DNA from: Amphiscolops sp. MND2022
Taxonomy: Eukaryota
Reading direction: 5' to 3'
NCBI GenBank assembly: GCA_964187785.1
Contig: OZ076409.1
Location: forward strand, 3,412,001 to 3,476,000
Length of the DNA: 64,000 bases
Shown here: piece by piece, positions 11,853-22,906 of the stretch
Layout: each line of letters begins with the position of its first letter
Numbering within the stretch: position 1 is the first letter of the stretch
The notes under the pieces: model-generated
What the model was told of the DNA's origin: nothing
Seen by the model: only the letters and a program-made list of their open reading frames with translations
The model's database searches: none
Program-made: the position numbers and the translations under genes

Positions 11853-12045
11853 GAGGTGAGTTACTTCATAATCCCGTAAAATTGAAGTATATTGTTGTTT
11901 CTATCTTGTGTGTGGGTTCGAAACCTTCAACGCTAAACTCTCTACTGACTTGAATAATGTCCGTCAAAACAAGACGAGTTAAACAGTAGCAGAAAAAAGA
12001 GCTCAAAACTATGAATCATAGCATTTGACGTCAACGAAAACTAAC

Positions 12046-13285
12046 GGTCACTAGGAACCACATCGATTCCCGTGGATTCAAGTTGCTGTTGCAGACATTC
12101 CAATAACAAAGGGCTAGCCACGGCGCTCCCGCGTACCACTATTTGCCCATGAGCCAACTGACTTCTCGATTTCAAAATTTTCTCGACTAATTTGGCCAGA
12201 AAAATAAGCAACATTGTTTTTCCTGACCCTTTGCTTCCAGCAACCACAAGACGTAAACCTTTCCCGGAAGGTCCTGTGAAGTGTTCATATACTTTCGAGA
12301 TTACTTGCATCTGATCTTTCGTCCACAATATGTACTTTTCTTTTCCCTTATGGTTCTTAACTTTCGACAGCTCGATTATTGCTTCAGTCGAGTTTTTATC
12401 TAGTGAGTAGGGTTGCACTTGATTTTCCAAATGTTCCTTCTTAGTCACCGATTGCAAATATCCACTAGCCAACTGATCATGAATCAATGCTAGCGAGCTT
12501 TCCATGGAACTCAGTGCAATGAGTCTGGAGACCAAAATATCCAATTTGGGCAAACTTGACTCAGGTATATCTCCAAATGTTTGCAATGTGCGGTTCCAAG
12601 TTGCCGGGAAGTCTGCTGAAGTCAACTCATTTTTGTTGAAGACTATCGTTTTGTCGTCAAAGTCCTTTGTTTCTTCGGTTAACTTTTTGAATTTGTCGTC
12701 GACAATGTTGAAATTGCAAACTACAGTGTGAATTGGGATCTCTTTTCCTTCAACTGTGTCGTTGATAGTTGCCAAAATCCGTAAGAACCTTCTATGCTTT
12801 GCAATATCGTCCTTCATTTTCTGCGAAGACGCGCTTTTCCCTCCCACATTTTTGACGTTGAATATGAAGACACCTTTTGTTTGATGTATCAAAATTTGGT
12901 CAATTTCAACTTTTGCCGCTTTTGTATCAAACATTTGACTTCCGTCAAAGTTGGGAAAGACAAGAAATCCAGGTAGTCCAGAGAAATTGCCTTCCATAAA
13001 CAACATGTACAATTGTTTTTCAGCCAAATCACCTTTTTGCGTGGGCTTGAATATCTTTTCTAGAGATTTAGCCATTTGCAGATTATGTAAGAACAGCTTA
13101 GGAATCCTTGCAACAGGAACAGAGGTTACTTTTCCTTTTTCTTTCCAGTCTGGATACTGTTTACAAACCATGTTTAGCATAACCTCGTCATCCAGAATAG
13201 ACGCAGTCTCTCCTCCACTTCCCGGCATCTGAATCCGGATTTTCTGCAACTCTTGTTTGAATTCGTCTCTTTCGTTTGCAGCCAT
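12046..13285 (-). CDS. Exon 1 of NERD-like nuclease / SF1 helicase, paralogue 1 (downstream exon not found in window)
   Basis: Intact 414-aa ORF with GDLAEKQL, EIDQILIH..GVFIFNVKN, Q-motif WTKDQ and Walker A GSKGSGKT. Ends at a phase-1 donor C|GTTAGT (intron starts 12045), at the same position as in paralogue 2. Confidence 0.85.
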
Positions 13286-15110
13286 GACACTCCCGAATAT
13301 GAAAACTATTGAAGGAAATTTTTTATTACTTGATAACAGTAAAAGAAGATTTTTATTCGGTGAAGTTCAAATTAATACCGTTCTCAAAGAGTACAGCCTT
13401 GAGTTAAAAGACGTCGGTTTGAGGGCTTGATAAAATCGAAGTTAGAATATTCTACGACGAAATTATCGCGTTTGTTTTTTTTTGTCTGAAGAACATCTTT
13501 CACTTTTTTTCTGCAGATTTCAAACTTAATGTTAAAAAATACATACGTTTTTCATGTCAGTATTTTTTGATTCCTTAATTAACTTCCTATTTGCTGGAGT
13601 ATTTTTCGGAAGCAACTCTCCATTCTCACGTCTCCCAGTTTTGATGAATATGCGCACAACTAACAATTTAAAAAGTCACATCAGAGAAACCGCATTTTTT
13701 GGGGTCGCGGACTGTTAAAAAAATCCCACAAATTGCGAGTTTTTATAATAGCGTAAAAGTAAAACGTCTCTCGAAAAATCTCGATACGAGGTCGAAAATT
13801 ACATATGCGTCTTTCACATCAAGACTGAACAAAAGCAGTTTATCAATCTTGTTTGACCAGAAGTATAGCTTTGTATACAGTAGAAGAAAAACGTTTTGTC
13901 GTTATTTTTTAGGCTCATGAATTTTTATTCTGGTGTCTTCTTTTGCTTTCAAAAGTTGTTATAAATGACCATTACTCAAGTCATATGATGCTCCAGCTCA
14001 AAACTGAAAAACAAATGCTCATTTAGTTTGAACGAAAGTGTTCTGGCTACAGAAATTTAACATTCAGTTGCCAACACAGATCAGCTCAGAATATGCTCAA
14101 AAAAAATCTGATCGTGCTGTTTTATTTTTCGATTATCATGTTAAGTAGCTTCATGCAAAGAAACCTCAAATACCTTTCATCTGAAAATGCTTGTAACCAT
14201 TACCAAATAAATTATTGAGGAAAATCGATCAGTAAATGATGTTTTCTAGTTTTTCTAATTTAACGAAATTAGTTGCGGCACACATTTCTCGACTGTCAAA
14301 TTGAGGTATCTTCAAAAAATAAACATTTTCAAAAAAACTCAGACCACCTTTAGAGGGTAGTCATTAGTGTTTGTATAAAAGGTATAAATATGCAAATGGA
14401 CTAAAGCAATAATGCTTCTAACTCAGAGTTCAAATAACACAAAATAGGGTTTTGTCAATGCTGTTTTTAATGCTTTAGCAAACGTTGATTTATTTGAGTG
14501 TTTTTAGATCTATTCTACTCCTTTTTACTGCATTCAACGTTTTTAATAGACATTTTCCCCTTTTCAAAAGATTTTGAATAATTTTCAAACAATCTCCGTT
14601 ATTGTACCAGATTTGCGAAAGTGTGACGTCGGAACCCTTCGGGATTTGATTAGGCCGTATCCAGGGTATTTCACTTTTTTGTTGTTAGAAACAAACCAAA
14701 AGTCTTTGATAAATATTTTCCACCGAAATGCCGAATCATTCCATTTTGAAACGTTTCGTTTCTGTTTATGCGAGTGTAAGTTTTTTTATTCAGAAAAATT
14801 GCACTGATCTCGGAGTTGTACTTCTTTTGGTAGTTTTTTTGGACTTTCATTTCTTCTAACCCATGAACGATACCCGTTTGCGTCTATCAAAAAATGACTT
14901 AAAAAAGAAATCTTCATGCAGTTTCTTTCGACTTCGTCCTTTTTTCAACGGACTTGAACTTTTTCCAATCATTTTTTCCTTACTGGATTTGCTATATCTC
15001 AAAACTAAGACCAATTACCTCGAAAATTGTTTCAAGTGCAACTAAGCGACAGTTTCGTTTTGCGCTGTTTTCGAGAAAACTAGCATAAACCATTCCGTTC
15101 TCTATCTTCT

Positions 15111-16029
15111 TTTATCTGTCCATTTTCGTTAGTTTCATATCATTAAACTCAAAGCAACAAACTGCACGTATCCAGTTCGAATTCAAAATTTTGGCAGAAA
15201 AATTAGTTTAGGATCTTTTCGGAATTAGTTGAAGATCTATGTATTTGACAGAAAAATTTATTTGCGTTTTTTTCTATTTCAAGTCTGGCTACTGGTTTCA
15301 CTTCCCTAAGAGCAATTCTTCTTTCAGTATAATTTGAAAAGATAGAAAAAATTTGATGTCGATTGTTTTCGAAAAAAAAGATTATTTTTATTTTGACAAA
15401 ACTTGAATTTGTGATGTTACGTCCCTCTATGTAATCTTTCTTTAGAAAAATTCCCAGCGTTCATTGACCGGCTTTTTCGCGCGTAAGTTTTCTTTCTGAC
15501 GTTGTTAACGTGCTTATTCGAAGTTTTAATTATTCACCAATGCTTCGAACCGGTTGTTTAATGTTTGGTTTTATCTGTCCATTTTCGTTAGTTTCATATC
15601 ATTAAACTCAAAGCAACAAACTGCACGTATCCAGTTCGAATTCAAAATTTTGGCAGAAAAATTAGTTTAGGATCTTTTCGGAATTAGTTGAAGATCCATG
15701 TATTTGACAGAAAAATTTATTTGCGTTTTTTTCTATTTCAAGTCTGGCTACTGGTTTCACTTCCCTAAGAGCAATTCTTCTTTCAGTATAATTTGAAATG
15801 ATAGAAAAAATTTGATGTCGATTGTTTTCGAAAAAAAAGATTATTTTTATTTTGACAAAACTTGAATTTGTGATGTTACGTCCCTCTATGTTATCTTTCT
15901 TTAGAAAAATTCCCAGCGTTCATTGACCGGCTTTTTCGCGCGTAAGTTTTCTTTCTGACGTTGCTAACTTGCTTATTCGAAGTTTTAATTATTCACCAAT
16001 GCTTCGAACCGGTTGTTTAATGTTTGGTT
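15111..16029. repeat. Recent tandem duplication, 2 x 459 bp
   Basis: TTTATCTGTCCATTTTCGTTAG starts at both 15111 and 15570; about 5 substitutions seen by eye between the copies. Confidence 0.95.
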
Positions 16030-17347
16030 TTTCTATCCCCATCGTACCACACTGGTATAGCCCACCGCCGCTCACTTTTTAGCACTTTTTTAGCGCTGAT
16101 TCTGGGATTTTAATTTTTTTCAATGTAAATTGTTTGTACTATTCCGTCTTGATACTCTGTTTTCTGAGAAAGTTTATGATTTTTATCGCCTCTTAATTGC
16201 GGTAAATCTTATATCATCTCGTCCCGAATTTTTTAAACACCATGCTTGTAACTAAATTTTTCTTTACCTGTTGAGTAATTGACAGATCCTGTATTCGAAA
16301 GTTGGTGATCCCGGCTCTAGGTTCGAGTGCAATGTTTTATTACAAAGCTGTAGAAAACCAAAGTAGCACTTGTAACAATAACGGTTATAAACGTAGCACA
16401 ATCGGGCTAATAGCAGAGCCACCATTTGCTTCAGGATTACGAGATCCAGGGTTCTTCAAAAAAAAAAGAATTTCGAAATAGAAAACCCGAGCATTTTCAC
16501 CATTTTTTTGGATCTAACATGAGGTTGCTTCCGTCAAGCTTTCAATTAATTCAATTACAAAGTCGAGAACTCTATTTGCAAAAAAATTCTGACTTTTGTC
16601 CTAAAAATTAAAACTGATGCAAGAAAAATATAAGCAAGAAATGTGAAATTATCAAAGTTTCAATTGCTATTATACAGCGAAAAGCAGTTTAATGTTCCAA
16701 ATGTACATATAAATCTATAAATGTACATATAAATTTACAATTTCATTATCAATCAGCAAAAAACTGTTTCTATCAAAATAGCAAAAGTTAAAATTAATTC
16801 CAAAGATCAACGCAATCAAGCAAAAAATTAAGCAATTAAGCATTTAAAAACGTTTAACGGATCCTTCAAAAGCACCAATGGTCAAACCCAATTGTAGCCT
16901 TTTTCAAATTTGATTTTAAAAATTCAGAATTGGACACTAAAAGATCACATTGATACACAAATTGCCGAATCCAATCAAACGTTGTTTGAAATTCATCAAT
17001 TGAATTCAATTTCGACTAGAATCGAAGTCATCAAAATCTTTGATAAACAAGCTTTAAGCTTTTTCTATTTAAAAAACAGCAAAAAAGCCAAAATATCTCT
17101 CATACCTTTGTAAAATTAAATTTCTATATGGGAGACGTACAGCAACGTCTTTAAATAAATAGGAAAATAATGAATATAAATAAATAAAAGTCGACAAAAT
17201 TACAACGAAAGACCCTGTTTAGTTAATTGAGTTTGTAATAGTCAACCAATGGATGGCACCTTTATCCACTAAAGGTCACCCGTCGTGACCTCCAAGGTCA
17301 CACCGAGAGGTTACAGAACGAACAACCGATGCATGTCAGTGGTTGGG

Positions 17348-17452
17348 TCAACTGTTCTCGTCTTCAATGTCATTGGAGCTCTCATTGCTCTCAATATCAT
17401 CCAGCGAATTTACTGTGACTTCTAACTGTTCGCTTTCGCTAGAGGAGGTTTC
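17348..17452 (-). CDS. Putative terminal exon of an acidic low-complexity protein
   Basis: Acceptor TTTTCATTTGCTTTTGCAG| followed by ETSSSESEQLEVTVNSLDDIESNESSNDIEDENS*; phase 0, matching the donor at 17748. Confidence 0.45.
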   Translation of the reverse strand, partial: ETSSSESEQLEVTVNSLDDIESNESSNDIEDENS

Positions 17453-17748
17453 CTGCAAAAGCAAATGAAAAGAGTCGTCAGATCCGCTTAGAGTAGATAA
17501 TGTTGGAACAAAGTATTGTGTTATTTCGGTCGTGTGTGTTACGTAACATGTAACAATTTGTTTTCACTTCTGTGGTTTCACACAACAATTTGACGTTTCC
17601 CTAAGACAAGCGGTTATGCGTAAATTGCATGGGAAATGAAAACGGGCGATTTCTTCACTTTCGGACATTAAATATCCCCAAAAAGCAGAAATGTGGGGAA
17701 ACATTTTCCAAAAATACATTCATTTTTACCCAACCCAGAAATACCTAC

Positions 17749-18081
17749 GTCCAGAGAGGGCGTTGATGGCGACAGAGGCGAGGAAGACGTTGAAGTAAGT
17801 TCGCCCGGGCTCGTATCAATGATGACGTACGTGACGTCATCATCCCGAGTCGTAACAGCCGTGACGTCATCGCCTCGAGTCGTATCAGCCGTGACGTCAT
17901 CGCCTCGAGTCGTATCAGACGTGACGTCATCACATCGAGTCGTATCAGCCGTGACGTCATAACGTCGAGTCGTATCAGCCGTGACGTCATCACGGACATT
18001 GTCGTGTGCGACGTCACCCAGCGACCAGAAAGCGCCACTCGATTCTTCGTCAGTTGGGAAGTCATCTTTTTCGTCGTCGCT
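17749..18081 (-). CDS. Putative internal exon of an acidic protein with DDVTADTTRG decapeptide repeats
   Basis: Open frame SDDEKDDFPTDEESS...PSTPSLD ending GAC|GTAGGT (phase 0). The upstream acceptor (TTCAAG|) is weaker, and upstream exons were not identified. Confidence 0.4.
17831..17990. repeat. 30-bp minisatellite, ~5.3 units, six TGACGTCA palindromes
   Basis: GTGACGTCAT starts at 17831, 17861, 17891, 17921, 17951 and 17981. Confidence 0.95.
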
Positions 18082-20029
18082 CTTGAAGGGTTGAGTAAAT
18101 GATATTATGTATGAATGGCACCCTATTTCGAATATCAACGCTGTTTTTACAGTGACTAGATTTTTTGTCAGACCACAGAAGTAGTATGTAAAATTGTTAG
18201 GTGATTAGAGGGTCAAGTGACTCCTCCACTCTTTCAACGGGGGATTGACTGCCGATAATTTTACGACCCTGAGATAAATGTTATGCCTTTGGCAGGGTGA
18301 TAAAATTTCACTGCTACTTGTGGAAACAAAAGAAAACACTTCAATATCTTTTTGTTTACATAGTGTCATAAAGTTGATATCAGCACCATCTGCGAGTTTG
18401 CAATGTAGCAAAAGCGGTCAGGGGAACTGAACTCTTGCTGGAACTGAAGAAATACCTAACAGAGAAAGTCAACAAAAATAGTAGTTCTTCGGCCGAGAAA
18501 AATGAACGCTTCAACTGAGATAAACAGTCTCATCAAAGCAGGCTAAGTATCTAAATTTCACATCATGAAAAGGAGGTACAACCCCTTTCAATGCTGGTAA
18601 ACAAAACTGACGAATTGAGTTCATGAGAAACTGAGGAAAAATGTCTCAAGGACCGATAATTCTCATATGAAAATTGTAAAGGAAAATTCAGTGAAAATAA
18701 AATCATTGTACCAGAAAACTTGAAACAGTTAACATCATTCCTTAGCAGCTTTTTTTTCGAAATCTTGAAATCGACTCCAATATTGCCGCTCTTCAAAACG
18801 TCTAACCCGAGCAACTCCGAATACGAATATAATGGATACGATGTGGAGAGTTGGCACGGGGATTTCAGCACTGATATGGTTGACTCTGAACCCATGGGTA
18901 TATCAGCTCCCTCAACGCACAGAAAACCAGACACACAAAAAGAAGAAATCATTCAATTTAATTTCCCGACATTCAAGTAAGTTTTTTCAATGAAATCCTA
19001 ATGAACAAGTCGATCTGTTTTTAAATTACGAAATACCAGTCGCTCGAAAAATAGATTGATTTTTGAAGTTCAACCAAAAATTGAAGTTCCACATGTTATT
19101 TCAGGATGCCGACAACAACTCAATGGGCGACGATGACCCGTAAATAATCAGCGATGATCATTACGACGACGACATAAGAGTTAGTGAGAATCATTTTGCT
19201 TTGACTCGCAACCTTATTGCTCTATGAAAACTTTCAAAGTCTAAAACTGATCGCAATCAAACCATAGATATGCTCACAGGTTTTTGTACTATGACACCAT
19301 ATGTTTCGAGAGATAACTGAGGACAACTGAGGCCACTTTACAGCAAAAAGAAAAGTCACCAACTGAAACCACGACTTCGCTATCAAGCCACTGCTATGGC
19401 AGGAGACGGCGACAGCTTTTATGGGTATCGGAAGCAATTAGACAGCAGGACAGGGCTGCAGAGAGACCGGCCAACTCGATAGCCGCCCTAAACTGGCGCC
19501 AAATAGAGTTTGGTTACCTGCCTCTCAACAATCCTTCGACGATTCCACGTGAAGCCAGAGGACAGAAAGGATCGCTCAAAATCGTGATTCGACCAGTACC
19601 AGCAGGAGTTGGCATCAATGGACCACCAATGGTCCGACTGATGGTGAGTACCATTGGAGTCAAGGACTGTCTTGTTAGAGTCCAGGAAGACCCACGTCTG
19701 GGCGTCAACGCGTCAACTTGGCCCGAGCAATGGACTCAGCCATCAGGCGATTGCAAATCGTTTGTGTCTACAATTTTTGAAAATTTTGTCTTGTGTTTAA
19801 TTTATATTTTTCTTGTTTTTTTATCATAGCCTGAGAAGAGGCAACAAAGGTCATCCTCATGGTGTTATCACTACCGCACAGCTTCGAGTATTTGAATCCT
19901 GGGGCTCATCAACCGGCAATGGTCGAAAGTTGAAGTGCAAGGGCTGAAACATTGTTTGAAAACACTTTTCGATAAATTCCCACTATTAGGATGAACTTTG
20001 AGCAGCTTCAGCTTCCAATATGGTAATTT

Positions 20030-22435
20030 TAAACAATAGTTTGTCCTCGTAGTTTTCCCGGCAGCATTTTGCCACGGATATTTTTGGCATAGCTTTTGTA
20101 CGGTAGATTTTTGAGCAGCATTTCGGTACGCTTATCTTTGACGAGAGGTTCGCATCGTAGTTTTTTTGGCAGCATTTCGGTACGGAAATTTTTGCCGATA
20201 ATTTCGTGCCGTAGTGTTTTTGGCAGTGATTTGCTACGGAGATTTTTGGCATAGCTTTTGTACAGTAGATATTTGAGCAGCCAGTCGACACGCTTATCTT
20301 CGACAATAGTTTCGCATCGTAGTTTTTTCGGCAGCATTTCGGTACGGATCTTTTTGACATAGCTTTTGTACGGCAGATTTTTGAGCAGCATTTCGGTACG
20401 ATTATTTTCGCCGATAATTTTGTTCATAATTTTTCTGGCAGCTTTTTTGCTACGGACATTTTTGGCATAGCTTTTGTACGGTAGATTGTTGAGCAGCGTT
20501 TCGGTACGCCCATTTTTGCCGACAAATTCTCTTCGTAGTTTTTTCGGCAGCATTTTGCCACGGATATTTTCGGCATAGCTTTGTACGGTAGGTAGATTTT
20601 TGAGGCAGCATTTCGTTACTCCTATTTTTGACGATAGTTTCTCGTTGTAGTTTTTTTCAGCAGAACTTTGCTACGGTTATTTTTGTCAAAACTTTTATAA
20701 GGTAGATTTGTGAGCGCAGCATTTCGATACGCTCGTTTTTGACGATAGTTTTTCTTCGTAGATTTTTCCGGCAGCATTTTGCTACGGATATGTTTGGCAT
20801 AGCTTTTGTGCGGTAGATTTTTGAACAGCAATTCGGTACTCCTATTTTGACAATAATTTCTCATCGTAGTTTGTGCGGCAGCGTTTTGCTACGGTTGTTT
20901 TTTGGGCATAGCATTTGAACAGTAGGTTTTTGAGCAGCATTTCGGTACGCTTATTTTTGCCAATACTTTCTTCTTGTAGTTTTTCTGGCAGCTTTTCGCT
21001 ACGGATGTTTTTGGCATAGATTTTGTACAGTTGATTGTTGAGCAGCATTTCGGTACGCTTATTTTTGCGTATCAATTCTCTTCGTAGTTTTTTTGGCAGA
21101 ATTTTGCAACGGATATTTTCGGCATAGCTTTGTACGGTAGATTTTTGAACAGCAATTCGGTACTCCTATTTTTGACAATAGTTTCTCATCGTAGTTTGTT
21201 CGGCAGCGTTTTGCTACGGTTGTTTTTGGCATAGCATTTGAACAGTAGGTTTTTGAGCAGCAATTCGGTACGCTTATTTTTGCCAATACTTTTTTTCGTA
21301 GTGTTTCTGGCAGCTTTTCGCTACGGATGTTTTTGGCATAGATTTTGTACGGTTGATTGTTGAGCAGCATTTCAGTATGCTTATTTTTGCGTACCAATTC
21401 TCTTCGTAGTTTTTTCGGCAGAATTTTGGCACGGATATTTTCGGCCTAGTTTTGTACGGTAGACTTTTGAAGAGCAATTCGGTACTCCTATTTTTGACAA
21501 TAGTTTCTCATCGTAGTTTGTTCGGCTGCGTTTTGCTACGGTTGTTTTTGGCATAGCATTTGAACAGTAGGTTTTTGAGCAGCATTTCGGTACGCTTATT
21601 TTTGCCAATACTTTCTTTTCGTAGTTTTTCTGGCAGTTTTTCGCTACGGATGTTTTTGGCATAGATTTTGTACGGTTGATTGTTGAGCAGCATTTCGGTA
21701 CGCTTATTTTTGCGTACCAATTCTCTTCGTAGTTTTTTCGGCAGAATTTTGCCACGGATATTTTCGGCATAGCCTTGTACGGTGGAATTTTGAACAGCAT
21801 TTCGGTACTCCTATTTTTGACGATAGTTTCTCATTGTAGTTATTTTTGGCAGGGTTTTGCTTCGGTTATTATTGGCATAGTTTTTATACGGTAGAGTTTT
21901 GAGCAGCGCTCATTTTTGACGATAGTTTTTCTTCGTAGCTTTTCCGGCAGCATTTTTCTACGGATATGTTTGGCATAGCTTTTGTGCGGTAGATTTTTGA
22001 ACAGGAATTCGGTACTCCTATTTTTGCCAATAGTTTCTCATCGTAGTTTGTCCGGCAGCCTTTTGCTACAGTTATTTTTGGCAAAGTTTTTGTACGGTAG
22101 GTTTTTGAGCAGCATTTCGGTACGCTTATTTTTGGCAATAGTTTCTCTTCGCAGTTTTTTGGCAGCTTTTTGCTAAGGTTATTTTCGGCACAACTTTTGT
22201 ACGGTAGATTTTTAAGCAGCATTCCGGTACGCGTATTTTCAACAATAGTTTTCCTTCGTAGTTTTCCCGGCAGCATTTTGCTACGGAGATTTTTGGCACA
22301 GCTTTTGTACTGTAGATTTTTGAGCAACATTTCGGTACGCTTATTGTAGACGATGGTTTTCTCTTCATAGTTTTCTCCACGGCGCTTTGCAACGGATATT
22401 TTCTTTCAGAGTTTTTGTAGGGCAGATTTTCGCAG
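20030..22435. repeat. Satellite array, ~108-bp monomer with ~323-bp (3-mer) higher-order repeat in the centre
   Basis: Recurrent GGCATAGCTTTTGTACGGTAGATTTTTGAGCAGCATTTCGGTACG. ORF-track peptides repeat every 36 aa, and the variant RKNK(R/H)TEMLLNNQ recurs at ORF starts 21075, 21397 and 21720. Confidence 0.92.
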
Positions 22436-22456
22436 CGATGGGACATTACTAGGAGG

Positions 22457-22906
22457 TCAGACATTGAAATTGTTGACAGTTTGGGACCAGGAAGGTGATG
22501 AAGCCAGTTCTTCGTTTCTTCCGTTTGTTACGGCGTCAAGAATCTGAGACGATCCCCAGTCATCATCTTGTACAATCTCACGGAACACCGGAAGATCTCG
22601 AATTTCAAAGTGTCCAAACGGTAAACATGTGATACCCTCTTCCAGAATGAAGCGTTTATCGTAGAAAGCAGATAGGGAAATTGTCTGATTTCGGATCGTT
22701 TGTAGGACACGCTTCCGTGCCCCGATTCGGATATTGGAGGACCGCATCAAACTACCTGTCATTAGAACAATTCTGAAGACCTCGTGATTGAGAGAAGACT
22801 GAGAATACCGACAAACACCTTTCGCAGACATCTTCTGTTTGTCTTCGTAGACAATAGAATACATTTAAGTTTTCAAGCCAACGAATTCCTTGATAGCGGA
22901 GCCCAT
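22457..22906 (-). pseudogene. C-terminal fragment of protein-primed family-B DNA polymerase (Maverick/Polinton/adintovirus-like)
   Basis: IKEFVGLKT*MYSI...SAKGV...ISLSAFYDKRFILEEGITCLPFGH matches the EFVGLxxKMYS / KAKGV / LSxFDDKRxIxxDGIxTLPxGH pattern of these polymerases. It has one stop and is 5'-truncated. Confidence 0.78.

Noticed and set aside
17831..17990. 30-bp repeats as a CRISPR array
   Set aside because: Units are directly adjacent with no unique spacers; it is a minisatellite.
19986..22464. Repetitive Lys/Cys-rich ORFs, or a CRISPR-like array
   Set aside because: These are continuous satellite monomers with frequent frameshifts; there are no unique spacers and no cas genes, and the context is eukaryotic.
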